A DNA stretch of 53,214 nt, from sequence record DRR723986_5604. One strand, written 5' to 3'. Below are positions 37,672 to 47,410 of the stretch, in pieces; position 1 is the first letter of the stretch, and the number at the start of each line of letters is the position of its first letter. Below the pieces are notes generated by a model, which was not told the origin of the DNA, did no database searches, and worked only from the letters and a program-made list of their open reading frames with translations. Position numbers and translations under genes: made by a program.

Positions 37672-39204
37672 ATGTTTTCCCGTCGCTTGTTCCTCGCGTC
37701 CACCGGCGCAGCGCTCTGGGTCCCAAAGTTGGCCCATGCTGAAGGCGGGAAACCGCATTTCACCCTGGGTGTCGCCTCCGGTAGTCCGACGCCTTCCAGT
37801 GTCATCCTCTGGACGCGTCTCGCGCCTGACCCCCTAAATGGCGGCGGTATGCCTCATGGCACTGCCAAGGTCCGTGTGCGTGTGTGTACAGATGAAGCGA
37901 TGCGCAATGCAATACGTGACGAAATCATGGAGGCGTCGGAAGTCGACGCCCATTCCATCCACTACAAACTATCCGGCCTAACGCCAGGCCGGGAATATTT
38001 CTACCAGTTCTACTTCGGTGACGAGGAAAGCCCCGTCGGCCGCACCCGTACAACCGACCCGAATGCGCCGGAAGCAAAAGTCGCCCTGGCCTATTGCCAG
38101 AACTACGAGACGGGTCATTACGCGGCCTATCGCGACCTGGCTGGCTGGGTGCCTGACTGCGTCATTCACACTGGCGATTACATTTACGAAGGCGGCATTT
38201 CATCGCTTGGCGCACAGATGCGCGATGTCGGTGGCGGTGAGCGGCGCCTGTTCGAGATTGTCCGCCAGCACAACAGTAATGAAATCGTGACCCTCTGGGA
38301 CTACCGCAATCGCTACGCCCTCTACCGGTCCGACCCACACCTGCAAGCTGCCCACGCAATCGCGCCTTGGATTGTGGCAATGGACGACCATGAAGTCGAC
38401 AACAATTGGGCTGCGGACATTCCACAGGATCCGGAAAAGCAGACGCCCCTGGAATTCGAAGTTCGGAAATATGCGGCCTTCAAGGCGTACTATGAGCACA
38501 TGCCGATTGAGGCGCCGCCTGCCTTTCATAAGATGAAGGCGACACTGCAGCTTTATGGAAAATACCAGCTGGGCCCTGCATTGATCCATTTACTCGACAC
38601 GCGCCAATACCGTGATGATCAGCCTTGTGGGGATGGCCGAAAGTCTTATTGCGAGGACGCCCTCGACCCAAAGCGCACCATCATGGGCAAGGCACAGGAA
38701 GACTGGCTTACAAAGTCGCTGAAGACCTCACCCGCACCATTTAATGTGATTGCCACACAAGTCTGGTTCACGTCCTACCGCTACAATGAGACGCCGGACG
38801 CACCTGTCACCAATCTCGACAGCTGGGACGGATATCCTGGAGCACGTGAGCGCCTGTCCGGCGCGCTGGCAGAAGGCGTGTCCAACCCCGTCTTCATGAC
38901 AGGCGACTGGCACACTGCAATGGCATCGACCCTGCACGAAAACCAGTTCGATCCGAACTCCCGCCGCATAGGCCATGAACTGGTCGGTAGCTCGATTTCT
39001 TCCTACTGCCCCTGGGCGCGAGACATGGAAGTCGTGCGCAACGCCAATCCGCACGTTTCTTACCTGAACGGCAACCAGCGCGGTTATCTCCGCACAACTT
39101 TCTCCAAGGATAACTGCCGCGCTGAATTCCGCGTTGTCGCTGACTCAGGCCGGCCGGACTCGCCGGTCAAAACCGATATCGAAATTCGTACCAAAGACAT
39201 GTAA
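37672..39204 (+). CDS. phoD: PhoD family alkaline phosphatase/phosphodiesterase, Tat signal
   Basis: SRRLFL; FTLGVASG, LWTRL, HTGDYIYE, DDHEVDNN, LDTRQYR, DSWDGY, TGDWH. Confidence 0.95.
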   Translation: MFSRRLFLASTGAALWVPKLAHAEGGKPHFTLGVASGSPTPSSVILWTRLAPDPLNGGGMPHGTAKVRVRVCTDEAMRNAIRDEIMEASEVDAHSIHYKLSGLTPGREYFYQFYFGDEESPVGRTRTTDPNAPEAKVALAYCQNYETGHYAAYRDLAGWVPDCVIHTGDYIYEGGISSLGAQMRDVGGGERRLFEIVRQHNSNEIVTLWDYRNRYALYRSDPHLQAAHAIAPWIVAMDDHEVDNNWAADIPQDPEKQTPLEFEVRKYAAFKAYYEHMPIEAPPAFHKMKATLQLYGKYQLGPALIHLLDTRQYRDDQPCGDGRKSYCEDALDPKRTIMGKAQEDWLTKSLKTSPAPFNVIATQVWFTSYRYNETPDAPVTNLDSWDGYPGARERLSGALAEGVSNPVFMTGDWHTAMASTLHENQFDPNSRRIGHELVGSSISSYCPWARDMEVVRNANPHVSYLNGNQRGYLRTTFSKDNCRAEFRVVADSGRPDSPVKTDIEIRTKDM

Positions 39205-39221
39205 CGCGGACACGCTCATAT

Positions 39222-39820
39222 CTACCAGTAAAAGGCACCCCGAACAAAACCAGCTCCTTCCGGTGAATCCAAATGGATCGAACATGTTGTACATGTTCGA
39301 TCCATTAAACTCGCTTGGCGCGTTTATCTGCTCAGGATATGTGTTGAGTAGATTGTTGACCCGGCATAGATGGTGAAGTTTCCTGAAAGGACTAGCCGAT
39401 TTCAAGGTCAGCGATCCTTTCCGGGTCCACATCATAATCCTCGTCCGGGTTTGTCGCATTACGGACCATATAATGTCCGAAGCGCGTTGTCCGAAAATTG
39501 GCCTTGAAGCAGCCAGAGTCTCAGCCAATGCCAAGACTGATCTTGGAATCGGGAATAGTCTCCGTCAGGGCCGCCCGCTTACTCCGGTCAAGTATCTCAA
39601 TATTTCCTAGTACCTCGAGCTCCGGCGAATTCTGTACGCCCCCCCGAATATCCGTTTCATTCCTGTTGAACCCGCCGATGAATTTGAAGTCGCCATACTC
39701 AGTATACGCTAGATAGGTCGCGACAATATCGAGTCCGCGCGTACGCGTGTCGATAGCATTCGTATAGTACTGTCCGCTAATTCCGGACGAGAGCCCATTT
39801 GAAACGAGCAACGCCTGGAT
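39222..39820 (-). pseudogene. C-terminal remnant of a TonB-dependent receptor
   Basis: YYTNAIDTRTRGLDIV..., in-frame TGA (39521) and TAG (39392), frameshifts, then NNLLNTYP..PFGFTG..FVRGAFYW*. Confidence 0.8.
39272..39306. repeat. Perfect 16-bp inverted repeat with 3-nt spacer
   Basis: aatggatcgaacatgt-tgt-acatgttcgatccatt. Confidence 0.9.
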
Positions 39821-40024
39821 CTAATCGCCTACGCCAGCAGGAACGGGCCCGGGCGCTTCGTCGACCGCCGAGATAAGGCCGTCATCAAACACCACAGTCG
39901 CTTTGAAGAGGTTAGCACCCGTACCATCGAAGACTGTGACGCCCGTGATCGCCAGATCCTGCGCAAACGCAGATCCAGCCACGCACACCGCCACAAGGCA
40001 CGAATTCAATAATCTGCCGACCAT
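39821..40024 (-). pseudogene. N-terminal remnant of a secreted amidohydrolase
   Basis: Signal peptide ending AFA, then DLAITGVTVFDGTG..TVVFDDGLISAV, then a stop before the expected PG.IDxH motif. Confidence 0.7.
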
Positions 40025-40304
40025 AATCATCCTCTGCACTTTGCACGCATGTATGTGAACCAGACGCTTTGAATTGAGTTTCTATCCAGATCGAATAGAA
40101 ATTTTTGCTCAGATTTCTTTCGAGTCATTCACGCCTCTCCGAAGGGCAAACAAACCCATTTAAAGCCTTCAATTCAGAATGTTTTATTTGCATTGCCGGA
40201 GTGGCGATGCACGCCTCCAGCTTCCACTACGAAACATCAGAAAACCGAAAAAATGCTTTGATAGCATAGCCATAGGTCCGATCGCCGTTGGCGACTGGAT
40301 AGAC

Positions 40305-40321
40305 TTGGCGTGCCGATTGCG
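40305..40321 (+). promoter_or_regulatory. Possible sigma54 -24/-12 promoter
   Basis: TTGGCGTG-CCGA-TTGCG with exact GG-N10-GC spacing, 80 nt before tetR. Confidence 0.4.
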
Positions 40322-40400
40322 CTTATCGGTAGTTTAAGTGTAACAATTACCCCTCAAGCTAAACGTGAACGGGGTCAACCGAAAGCTGATGGGAGCGAGC

Positions 40401-41102
40401 ATGCCCGGACAGGGGCAGAAATCAGATTTGTCCAAGCATCCTCAACCCGACAATACGCCTCAGGCTTCGGATGGCGTCGAGTTGGAGACAAAAGTCTCTC
40501 CATCCCAGGACCGCGCACGCAATACATTCGAAACGATCCTGTCGGTGACCGGTGACCTGCTTTCCGAGGTCGGTTTCGAAAGGTTGTCGACCAATATGAT
40601 TTGCAAGCGCGCCGGCCTGACCCCGCCAGCACTCTACCGATACTTCCCCAACAAATACGCCATACTTCATGAACTCGGCCGACGCCTAATGGAGGCGCAG
40701 GACCAGGCCGTTTTCGAATGGTTGCGCGAGGGGGGGATCGATGCGCAGTCATTCGAGGCATCAGCAGAGAGTATCCTGCGAATCCAGAAACGAGTGAACG
40801 AAATCACGAAGACGTTTCCAGGAGGCGCCTGGGTCGTCCGCGTTATGCGGGTCATTCCCGTGCTCAAGGAAGTTCGACTGGAGTCCCGTAACCTCGTGAG
40901 TGAAGAGATCCTGGAAGCGCTCCGCAAGAACTTGCCAGACATCCCTGAAGATCGTCTTGCCATGGCAACCAAATTGACTATCGAATTGATGTTTTCGGCG
41001 ACAGAGATGGCCTTGGAGGCCCCGGAGCGGGAAGAAGAAATCACGCGGGAAGTCTGCTTCCTCGTCGCAAGCTATCACGCGCGCCTGCGAAACGGCTCCT
41101 GA
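40401..41102 (+). CDS. TetR/AcrR family regulator
   Basis: PSQDRARNTFETIL, LSTNMICKRAGLTPPALYRYFPNK; start uncertain. Confidence 0.9.
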   Translation: MPGQGQKSDLSKHPQPDNTPQASDGVELETKVSPSQDRARNTFETILSVTGDLLSEVGFERLSTNMICKRAGLTPPALYRYFPNKYAILHELGRRLMEAQDQAVFEWLREGGIDAQSFEASAESILRIQKRVNEITKTFPGGAWVVRVMRVIPVLKEVRLESRNLVSEEILEALRKNLPDIPEDRLAMATKLTIELMFSATEMALEAPEREEEITREVCFLVASYHARLRNGS

Positions 41103-41123
41103 ACCTTTTCTTTAGGACGCTGC

Positions 41124-42623
41124 CTAACTGTCTTCCTGCATCAGCTTCTCCATCTCGCCGTGGCGATGCAGAACGTGAGGCAAGACATCCCGACCAATGA
41201 TGCTGACCACGATGGCAGCAGCACCACCCAGCACGAAGCCCGGCACGATCTCGTAGATGATGTCGGAGAGCGACTGCCCGTCGATCTCGATCGGTGCGTA
41301 GAGCCAGAACAGCACCGTGACCGCCCCGACAACCATGCCCGCCAACGCTCCGTCCCGGGTAAGGCCGCGCCAATAGAGGCTAAGAAGGATAATCGGCCCG
41401 AACGCAGCGCCGAAGCCGGCCCAGGCATTGCCGACCAGCGAGAGGATGTTGCTGGACCGGTCAAATGCCAGTCCGATCGCGACCAGCGAAACGACAAGCA
41501 CAGATATCCGGCCAACCGCAACCAGCTCCCCTTGGCTCGCTTCCTTGCGAAGGAACGTCTTGTAGAAGTCTTCCGTCAGCGAGCTGGAAGACACCAGCAA
41601 CTGAGATGAAATCGTACTCATGATCGCCGCGAGAATGGCTGCCAGCAGGAAACCGGCCACCAGCGGGTGGAACAGAATTTGGGAAAGAATGATGAAAATC
41701 GTCTCAGGGTCATTCACAGGAGTACCGTGAGCATAAGTGTAAGCATAGCCGGCGATACCCGTAAGCACGGCACCAATCACCGTCACGATCATCCAGCTCA
41801 TGCCAATATAGCGGGCCGTGGCAATATCCTTGAGGGACCGGATAGCCATGAACCGGACAATAATGTGCGGCTGGCCGAAATAGCCGAGGCCCCAGGCAAG
41901 CAATGAGATGACCCCCATCACAGTCATGCCCTTCGGCCACATGCCGAAATAACCAGGCTCAACGGAAGCGGCCGCCGAGGCCCAGTCACCTTCGTTTTTC
42001 AAGACGATAAAGGATACGATCGGCACGAGGATCAGCGCCACGAACATGATGCAGCCCTGAACAAAGTCGGTCAGGCTGACGGCGAGAAATCCGCCGAACA
42101 ACGTGTAGGCAACCACCACACCGGCTGTCAGGAACAAGCCTATCTGGTAATCGAGACCGAACGAGGCCTCAAACAGCTTGCCGCCAGCGACAACCCCCGC
42201 TGACGTGTACAGAGTAAAGAAGATGACGATCACGACCGAAGACAGGACACGCAACGCACGTGTCTTGTCGTGGAAACGCTTTTCAAAAAAATCCGGGATG
42301 GTGATCGCGTCGTCTGCCAGCTCTGTATAGACACGTAGCCGGGGCGCAACAAAGAGGTAGTTGAGATATGCGCCGATGACGAGGCCCACAGCGATCCAGG
42401 CAGCGCTGAACCCCGACACGAAAACCGCACCCGGAAGCCCCATGAGCATCCATCCGCTCATATCGGATGCGCCGGCAGACAATGCGCCAACAGCCGGGTG
42501 AAGCTTACGTCCTCCCAACATGTATTCGGAAACATCACTGGTGGATTTTCGGTATGCATAAAGGCCAATGGCCAGCATCAGGACAAAGTATACCGCAAGA
42601 GAGAACAGAGCTTCGTAGTTCAT
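41124..42623 (-). CDS. putP: Sodium/proline symporter
   Basis: LSAGASDMSGWMLMGLPG, DFVQG, WGLGYFGQPHI, AAIMSTISSQL, AWAGFGAAFGP, IYEIVPGF. Confidence 0.96.
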   Translation of the reverse strand: MNYEALFSLAVYFVLMLAIGLYAYRKSTSDVSEYMLGGRKLHPAVGALSAGASDMSGWMLMGLPGAVFVSGFSAAWIAVGLVIGAYLNYLFVAPRLRVYTELADDAITIPDFFEKRFHDKTRALRVLSSVVIVIFFTLYTSAGVVAGGKLFEASFGLDYQIGLFLTAGVVVAYTLFGGFLAVSLTDFVQGCIMFVALILVPIVSFIVLKNEGDWASAAASVEPGYFGMWPKGMTVMGVISLLAWGLGYFGQPHIIVRFMAIRSLKDIATARYIGMSWMIVTVIGAVLTGIAGYAYTYAHGTPVNDPETIFIILSQILFHPLVAGFLLAAILAAIMSTISSQLLVSSSSLTEDFYKTFLRKEASQGELVAVGRISVLVVSLVAIGLAFDRSSNILSLVGNAWAGFGAAFGPIILLSLYWRGLTRDGALAGMVVGAVTVLFWLYAPIEIDGQSLSDIIYEIVPGFVLGGAAAIVVSIIGRDVLPHVLHRHGEMEKLMQEDS

Positions 42624-42820
42624 AGGCTCACTTTTTCAGGTGTTCGTATTTCGAAAAGGGCCAACTGAAACGGCCCATCGATAGATTTTACTGACTCGGC
42701 GATTTCCACATTGCACCTAGAAAACGCACTCCATTGGTACGCGCATCATGAAAGTCTGACGTCGCTTGCATGTCCTGCGTGATATCATCATGCCCTGCCC
42801 CTGCATCGCCATGAAATGCG

Positions 42821-43600
42821 TTATCGCAACTCGACTGCGCGCTTGTACGCTGCCTGTGTTGCCCCAATCAACAACCGGGAAAGGTCTCCGGTTCCATTCA
42901 AGGCCTTCAAGCCCGCTTCGGTGGTGCCCGCTTTACTGGTCACGGCGTTGCGCATGTCGGCCAGGTTATCGGTCGAGCCGGCGGCCATCTCGATCGTTCC
43001 GGCAATGGTGTCGAGCACCAGTTTGCGGGCCTGCTCTTTTTCGAAGCCAAGCTCCTTGGCCGCTTCCATGTAGGCCCGCGCGATCTCGAAGACATAACCT
43101 GGTCCACTACCCGCAATCGCGGTCACCTTGTCGAGATCGAATTCCTCGTCGACCTCCACGATAGTGCCGGCAGCCTTCATCATCTGCTGCGCCGCCTCTT
43201 TCGCGCCGTCCGGAGTCTTGTCGGTGAAATACAGGCCGCTCACGCCCTTCCCAATGCTGGCAGGGAGATTGGGCATGACGCGAATGACCGGACGCGCACC
43301 GACAATGGATTCCAGACGCTCACAGGAAACGCCCGCAGCGATGGAAAGCGCGGGCGCATCTGCCTTAATGTGATCGAGGTAGTCAGGAATGACGCCCGCG
43401 ATCAGCTGCGGCTTCACGGCGATAACCAGCAGGTCAAACGGACCACCTTCGACGTCTTCTGCCGATTTGAAGGATTTGACACGTGAATCCGGGAACGTCG
43501 CGACCGGGTCAGCGACCGAGTAAGTCATACCCGGGACATCTACCCAACGGGCCAGCAGTGACGCGCCCATATTTCCACAACCAACCATCAATACGTGCAT
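42821..43600 (-). CDS. proC: Pyrroline-5-carboxylate reductase
   Basis: GCGNMG, AVKPQ, SIAAG, RVMPN, TAIAGSGP, VTSKAGTT. Confidence 0.95.
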   Translation of the reverse strand: MHVLMVGCGNMGASLLARWVDVPGMTYSVADPVATFPDSRVKSFKSAEDVEGGPFDLLVIAVKPQLIAGVIPDYLDHIKADAPALSIAAGVSCERLESIVGARPVIRVMPNLPASIGKGVSGLYFTDKTPDGAKEAAQQMMKAAGTIVEVDEEFDLDKVTAIAGSGPGYVFEIARAYMEAAKELGFEKEQARKLVLDTIAGTIEMAAGSTDNLADMRNAVTSKAGTTEAGLKALNGTGDLSRLLIGATQAAYKRAVELR

Positions 43601-43640
43601 GAAACCTCCGAATCTGAATGCCCCGCACATAGGCCGATCT

Positions 43641-43655
43641 TACTTTGAATTCAAA
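43641..43655. promoter_or_regulatory. EctR/CosR-like operator 1
   Basis: TAC-TTTGA-AT-TCAAA. Confidence 0.55.
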
Positions 43656-43770
43656 TTTTCTACTGCGGTTTCCCTTTGTTTGCAGCCCGCTTTCGGAACA
43701 ATTACGGGCAATGGATTGTTAATTCAGGAAGAAATTCGGGGCTGTCACCGCATGTTAAGCCGGAGACTGT

Positions 43771-43785
43771 TACTTTGTGCTCTAA
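43771..43785. promoter_or_regulatory. EctR/CosR-like operator 2
   Basis: TAC-TTTGT-GC-TCTAA. Confidence 0.55.
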
Positions 43786-43847
43786 TCGTGTTGCGAACCA
43801 ACCCAACGCAGCCTAGGTCGTAGCCCGAGGAACCAAGGGAGCCCTGT

Positions 43848-45011
43848 GTGCCTAAATCTAAGCGTATCGTTATCAAGATCGGATCGAGCCTGCTGGCCAA
43901 TGAAGAGCTGCTGACGCCGCGATGGGCGTTCATGCAGCAATTGCTAAACGATGTTAAAACGCTCCGCGATGATGGATATGAAGTCCTGATCTGTTCATCC
44001 GGCGCTGTCGCACTCGGTTTGAACACGATCGGTGAAACACAGGAAACGGCTGGTTTGCGGGATAAGCAGGCAGCTGCCGCGTGCGGCATGCCAATCCTGC
44101 TGAATGCCTATAAGCAGGTCGCTCACGAATACAGCTTCGACATCGCACAGGTGCTGATCACGCTGAAAGACCTCGAAGACCGGCGCCGCTTCCTCAATAC
44201 GAAGAATACAGTGCACAGGCTGATTCAGGCCGGCATCACGCCAATCGTCAATGAAAACGACTCCATCACGACCGAAGAAATTCGCGTCGGCGACAATGAC
44301 CGGCTTGCGGCCAAGGTCGCCCAGATGGTGCAGGCCGAAACCCTCATTATCCTGACCTGCGTGGATGGCCTCTACGATCGCAATCCTGACGAACCAGGCG
44401 CACAGCTGGTTGAAACCGTGAATGACGTGAACGAATTCCTCGAAGTCACCAAAGGCGTGAGCAGTCTCGGCAGCGGCGGCATGCTGACAAAGATGCAGGC
44501 CGCAAATATGGCCCAGAATTCCGGCTGCACCACGATCATCGGGAATGGTGAAGCGGAAAATCCGGTGACCTCCCTGCTCGACGGGTCCCGTAATCACACC
44601 AGATGCATCGCACACGACAAGCCGGCGACCGACTGGACGGCCTGGTTGACCGACCGCCTTCAGATGGCCGGCAGCATTGTGGTCTCCGAAGAGTCAGCCG
44701 ACGCGCTTTGCCGCGGGGAACGCGGATTGCTGCGCCAAGACATTCAATCGATCCAGGGCACATTCGTACGGGGTGATGTGCTCCATATCTATGATGAATC
44801 CGGCAATGAGCGTGCACGCGGCCTCTCTAACTTCACGGCAGAGGAAACCCTGATCCTCGCGCGGAACAAGGAAATTCCTGCCAAGCAACTGCTGGGCTTC
44901 CAGACGAATGCAACCATCGTCAGCCGCGATAACATCGTTGTCCTTGATGGCCGGCACATCCAGTGGGACACGCCCCCGGAAAATGAACTGGAGCAGATCG
45001 AGAACCGTTAG
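43848..45011 (+). CDS. proB: Glutamate 5-kinase with PUA domain
   Basis: VIKIGSS, SSGAV, NEND..GDND, GSGGMLTK. Confidence 0.96.
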   Translation: MPKSKRIVIKIGSSLLANEELLTPRWAFMQQLLNDVKTLRDDGYEVLICSSGAVALGLNTIGETQETAGLRDKQAAAACGMPILLNAYKQVAHEYSFDIAQVLITLKDLEDRRRFLNTKNTVHRLIQAGITPIVNENDSITTEEIRVGDNDRLAAKVAQMVQAETLIILTCVDGLYDRNPDEPGAQLVETVNDVNEFLEVTKGVSSLGSGGMLTKMQAANMAQNSGCTTIIGNGEAENPVTSLLDGSRNHTRCIAHDKPATDWTAWLTDRLQMAGSIVVSEESADALCRGERGLLRQDIQSIQGTFVRGDVLHIYDESGNERARGLSNFTAEETLILARNKEIPAKQLLGFQTNATIVSRDNIVVLDGRHIQWDTPPENELEQIENR

Positions 45012-45487
45012 GTTCCCGGTTCGCTGATATCCCCGACTTGCAGGATCGGTGCGGCATCAAGATTGTCAGCGTCCATCATGAACGCCACTTTCTGCATGCT
45101 GGAAACGAGAAGCGACTTTTCCCAGTCTGCCAACCCGTTGAAAGATGACAGGAACCCCTCCTGCAGGAGCTCGGGCGCATCCACCAGGCGCCGCTTCCCC
45201 TCTTCAGTGATCACGACTTCCAGGCTCCGCCGGTCATGCTCATTGCGTTCCCGGACAACCAGTCCTGCTCGCACCAGCCTGTCCACGATCGATGTAATCG
45301 TTGCCTGCGACAGGTGAACCTGCCGCGCGATGTCACTCGGCTTCGCGCGCTTGGCGCCAGAGACGCTTTGCAGAACCAGCAATTGGGGTGCCGTTAGTCC
45401 GGTGTCCTTGGCAAGTTTTTTGGAGTGCATATCAATGGCGCGGGTTATTTTCCGCAACGCAACGAGAAGATCGTGATACTGGCTCAT
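45008..45487 (-). CDS. MarR family regulator, EctR/CosR-like
   Basis: LVALRKITRAIDMHSKKL..GLTAPQL..LSQATITSIVDRL..DRR..APELLQ..MDADNLDAAPIL. Confidence 0.88.
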   Translation of the reverse strand: MSQYHDLLVALRKITRAIDMHSKKLAKDTGLTAPQLLVLQSVSGAKRAKPSDIARQVHLSQATITSIVDRLVRAGLVVRERNEHDRRSLEVVITEEGKRRLVDAPELLQEGFLSSFNGLADWEKSLLVSSMQKVAFMMDADNLDAAPILQVGDISEPGT

Positions 45488-45614
45488 CTGATGATGCAAT
45501 AACCTGCAAGTCACACTTGTCCAGTTCAGGACGTCGCACCCGGCTCACCTTCTGCAGTCTTCCCCGCGCTCGCTCAATGGAGACCGCCATGGACGCTGTT
45601 CAGCAGGAGCAACT

Positions 45615-45631
45615 GGTCAGGACGATGTCAG
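45615..45631 (+). promoter_or_regulatory. GTCAG direct repeat with 11-nt period upstream of the response regulator
   Basis: ggtcag gacga tgtcag; same unit as 47411-47451. Confidence 0.5.
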
Positions 45632-45675
45632 CTTTTGCTGGTAAGATACACTAAATTTCCGGACTCCAGATACGC

Positions 45676-46350
45676 ATGCGAACATTGATCATCGAAGACA
45701 ACCGCGAACTGGCTAGTCTGCTGGCCGAGCGTCTTGGCGCACGCGGCATCGACAGCGACATTGCCGGCGGTATCGCCGAAGCTGACGATCACATGGCTGT
45801 TGGGCAGTTCGACGTGATCATGCTTGACCTCGGCCTGCCGGATGGTGACGGAATCGACTGGCTGCGCGGCCTGCCGGCAGACCGTCCGCCCGTGCTGATC
45901 CTGTCTGCTCGCAGCACCCTGGATGACCGCGTGACCGGTCTGGACACCGGGGCAGACGATTACCTGGTCAAACCTGCCGAAGTCGAAGAGATCGCCGCCC
46001 GTCTGCGTGCGCTGATCCGCCGACCTGGCCGCCGCGACCCTGTTGTCCTGACGGTCGGCGACGTCACCTTTGATACAACCAGCCGGCAAGCAGAACTTTC
46101 CGGCCGGCCGCTCGCCATTGGACGCAAGGAAGCGGATTTCCTGGAAATCCTCCTTCGCAATGCTGGCAAGGTCGTACCACGAGAGCGGATTGAAGGCGCA
46201 CTCTATAGCGCCGCGGATCCTGTGACGCCCAACGCGCTCGAAGCTGTTGCATCAAGACTGCGGCGTAGATTCGCCGAGGCCGGTGAAGAGGACATCCTCC
46301 ACACGGTCCGGGGTGTCGGGTATCTGTTCGGAAACCGGAGAACATCATGA
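45676..46350 (+). CDS. OmpR-family response regulator
   Basis: IIED, LDLGLPDGDG, GADDYLVKP, HTVRGVGY. Confidence 0.95.
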   Translation: MRTLIIEDNRELASLLAERLGARGIDSDIAGGIAEADDHMAVGQFDVIMLDLGLPDGDGIDWLRGLPADRPPVLILSARSTLDDRVTGLDTGADDYLVKPAEVEEIAARLRALIRRPGRRDPVVLTVGDVTFDTTSRQAELSGRPLAIGRKEADFLEILLRNAGKVVPRERIEGALYSAADPVTPNALEAVASRLRRRFAEAGEEDILHTVRGVGYLFGNRRTS

Positions 46351-47351
46351 ACTCCATCGCTGGCAGATTGCTGCGCGACCTTTTGATCTCCAGCCTTGCG
46401 GGAGGCGTCGTGCTCACCCTCATGGTGATCTATGAGTACGGCCTGCTCAGCCCGAACCCACCGCCGTTCTGGCGAACAGTACGCGAGATCACCGAGCATG
46501 TGCTCGTCCCCTTCGGCGTGTTCCTGGCACTCTTCGGCTTTGGCGCGCTTCTGGTCGTGCGCCGCGTGGAGCGCCAGTTGAAAGCCATTGCAGGCGATGT
46601 CAGGGAAGCCGCGCAAGACCTTCGCAGCTACCAGATGCCACCCGACGCACTGCCCGCAGAGCTCACGCCGTTTACAGACGCTGTCAACGAACTCACCAGC
46701 CGTCTGGCAGAGCATGCCAGACGGCAGGAAGCCTTTGCCGCCGACGCTGCGCACGAGTTGAAAACCCCGCTCTCGATCCTCGCGCTCTCGCTCGACAAGT
46801 TACCTGCAGAAGACGCGGCCCCTTTGCGTGCGCAGATCCACGCCCTGTCTGACATGGTCGACCAGCTCCTGCTGCTCGCCCGCAGCAATGCACCAGACAC
46901 CGCGCAACGCCGCAGCCTGATCGAGCCGGATAGTCTGGCCCGCCGCATCGTGGCGGAGCTCGCCCCTGCCGCGATCCAGGCTGGCAGGGAATTGTCTGTG
47001 GAAACCGATCATCCCGCCCCATTCCGCGGGTTGGAGGAAGCCGTGGCTGCCTCCCTGCGGACCCTGATCGTCAATGCCCTGCGCGCCGCCCCCGAAGGCA
47101 GCGAAGTCATCGTCCGTGCGGGCCCCGGGGCAAACCTCGCCGTCATTGACGGCGGACAGGGTCTGACCTCGGACGAACTGGAACGGCTCAAGGCGCGTGG
47201 TATCAGGGCTGACCGGGCCCCGGGCGGTGCAGCGGGGCTCGGCCTCGCAATTGCTGACCGGATTGCCGACTCCCATGGCGGCGAACTGGTCACCTGCCTG
47301 CCGGAGTCTTCCGGGCTTGCCCTTCGGTTTCCTACCGCTCACCCCGCCTGA
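46347..47351 (+). CDS. Sensor histidine kinase
   Basis: Two TM segments, HAMP-like linker, AHELKTPL, NA, DGGQG, GLGLAI. Confidence 0.92.
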   Translation: MNSIAGRLLRDLLISSLAGGVVLTLMVIYEYGLLSPNPPPFWRTVREITEHVLVPFGVFLALFGFGALLVVRRVERQLKAIAGDVREAAQDLRSYQMPPDALPAELTPFTDAVNELTSRLAEHARRQEAFAADAAHELKTPLSILALSLDKLPAEDAAPLRAQIHALSDMVDQLLLLARSNAPDTAQRRSLIEPDSLARRIVAELAPAAIQAGRELSVETDHPAPFRGLEEAVAASLRTLIVNALRAAPEGSEVIVRAGPGANLAVIDGGQGLTSDELERLKARGIRADRAPGGAAGLGLAIADRIADSHGGELVTCLPESSGLALRFPTAHPA

Positions 47352-47410
47352 TTTTTAAGCATGCGGGTGCTGCAAATTCCGCATGCCATACCTGCAGATG
47401 CGCAATTCCC

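Noticed and set aside
39392-39823. Stop-codon readthrough or recoding of the in-frame TAG/TGA codons
   Set aside because: Accompanying frameshifts and missing domains indicate pseudogene decay
45589-45654. 21-codon ORF MDAVQQEQLVRTMSAFAGKIH with a GGAGA RBS
   Set aside because: It overlaps predicted regulator sites in a divergent promoter and has no recognisable features; cannot be supported without Ribo-seq
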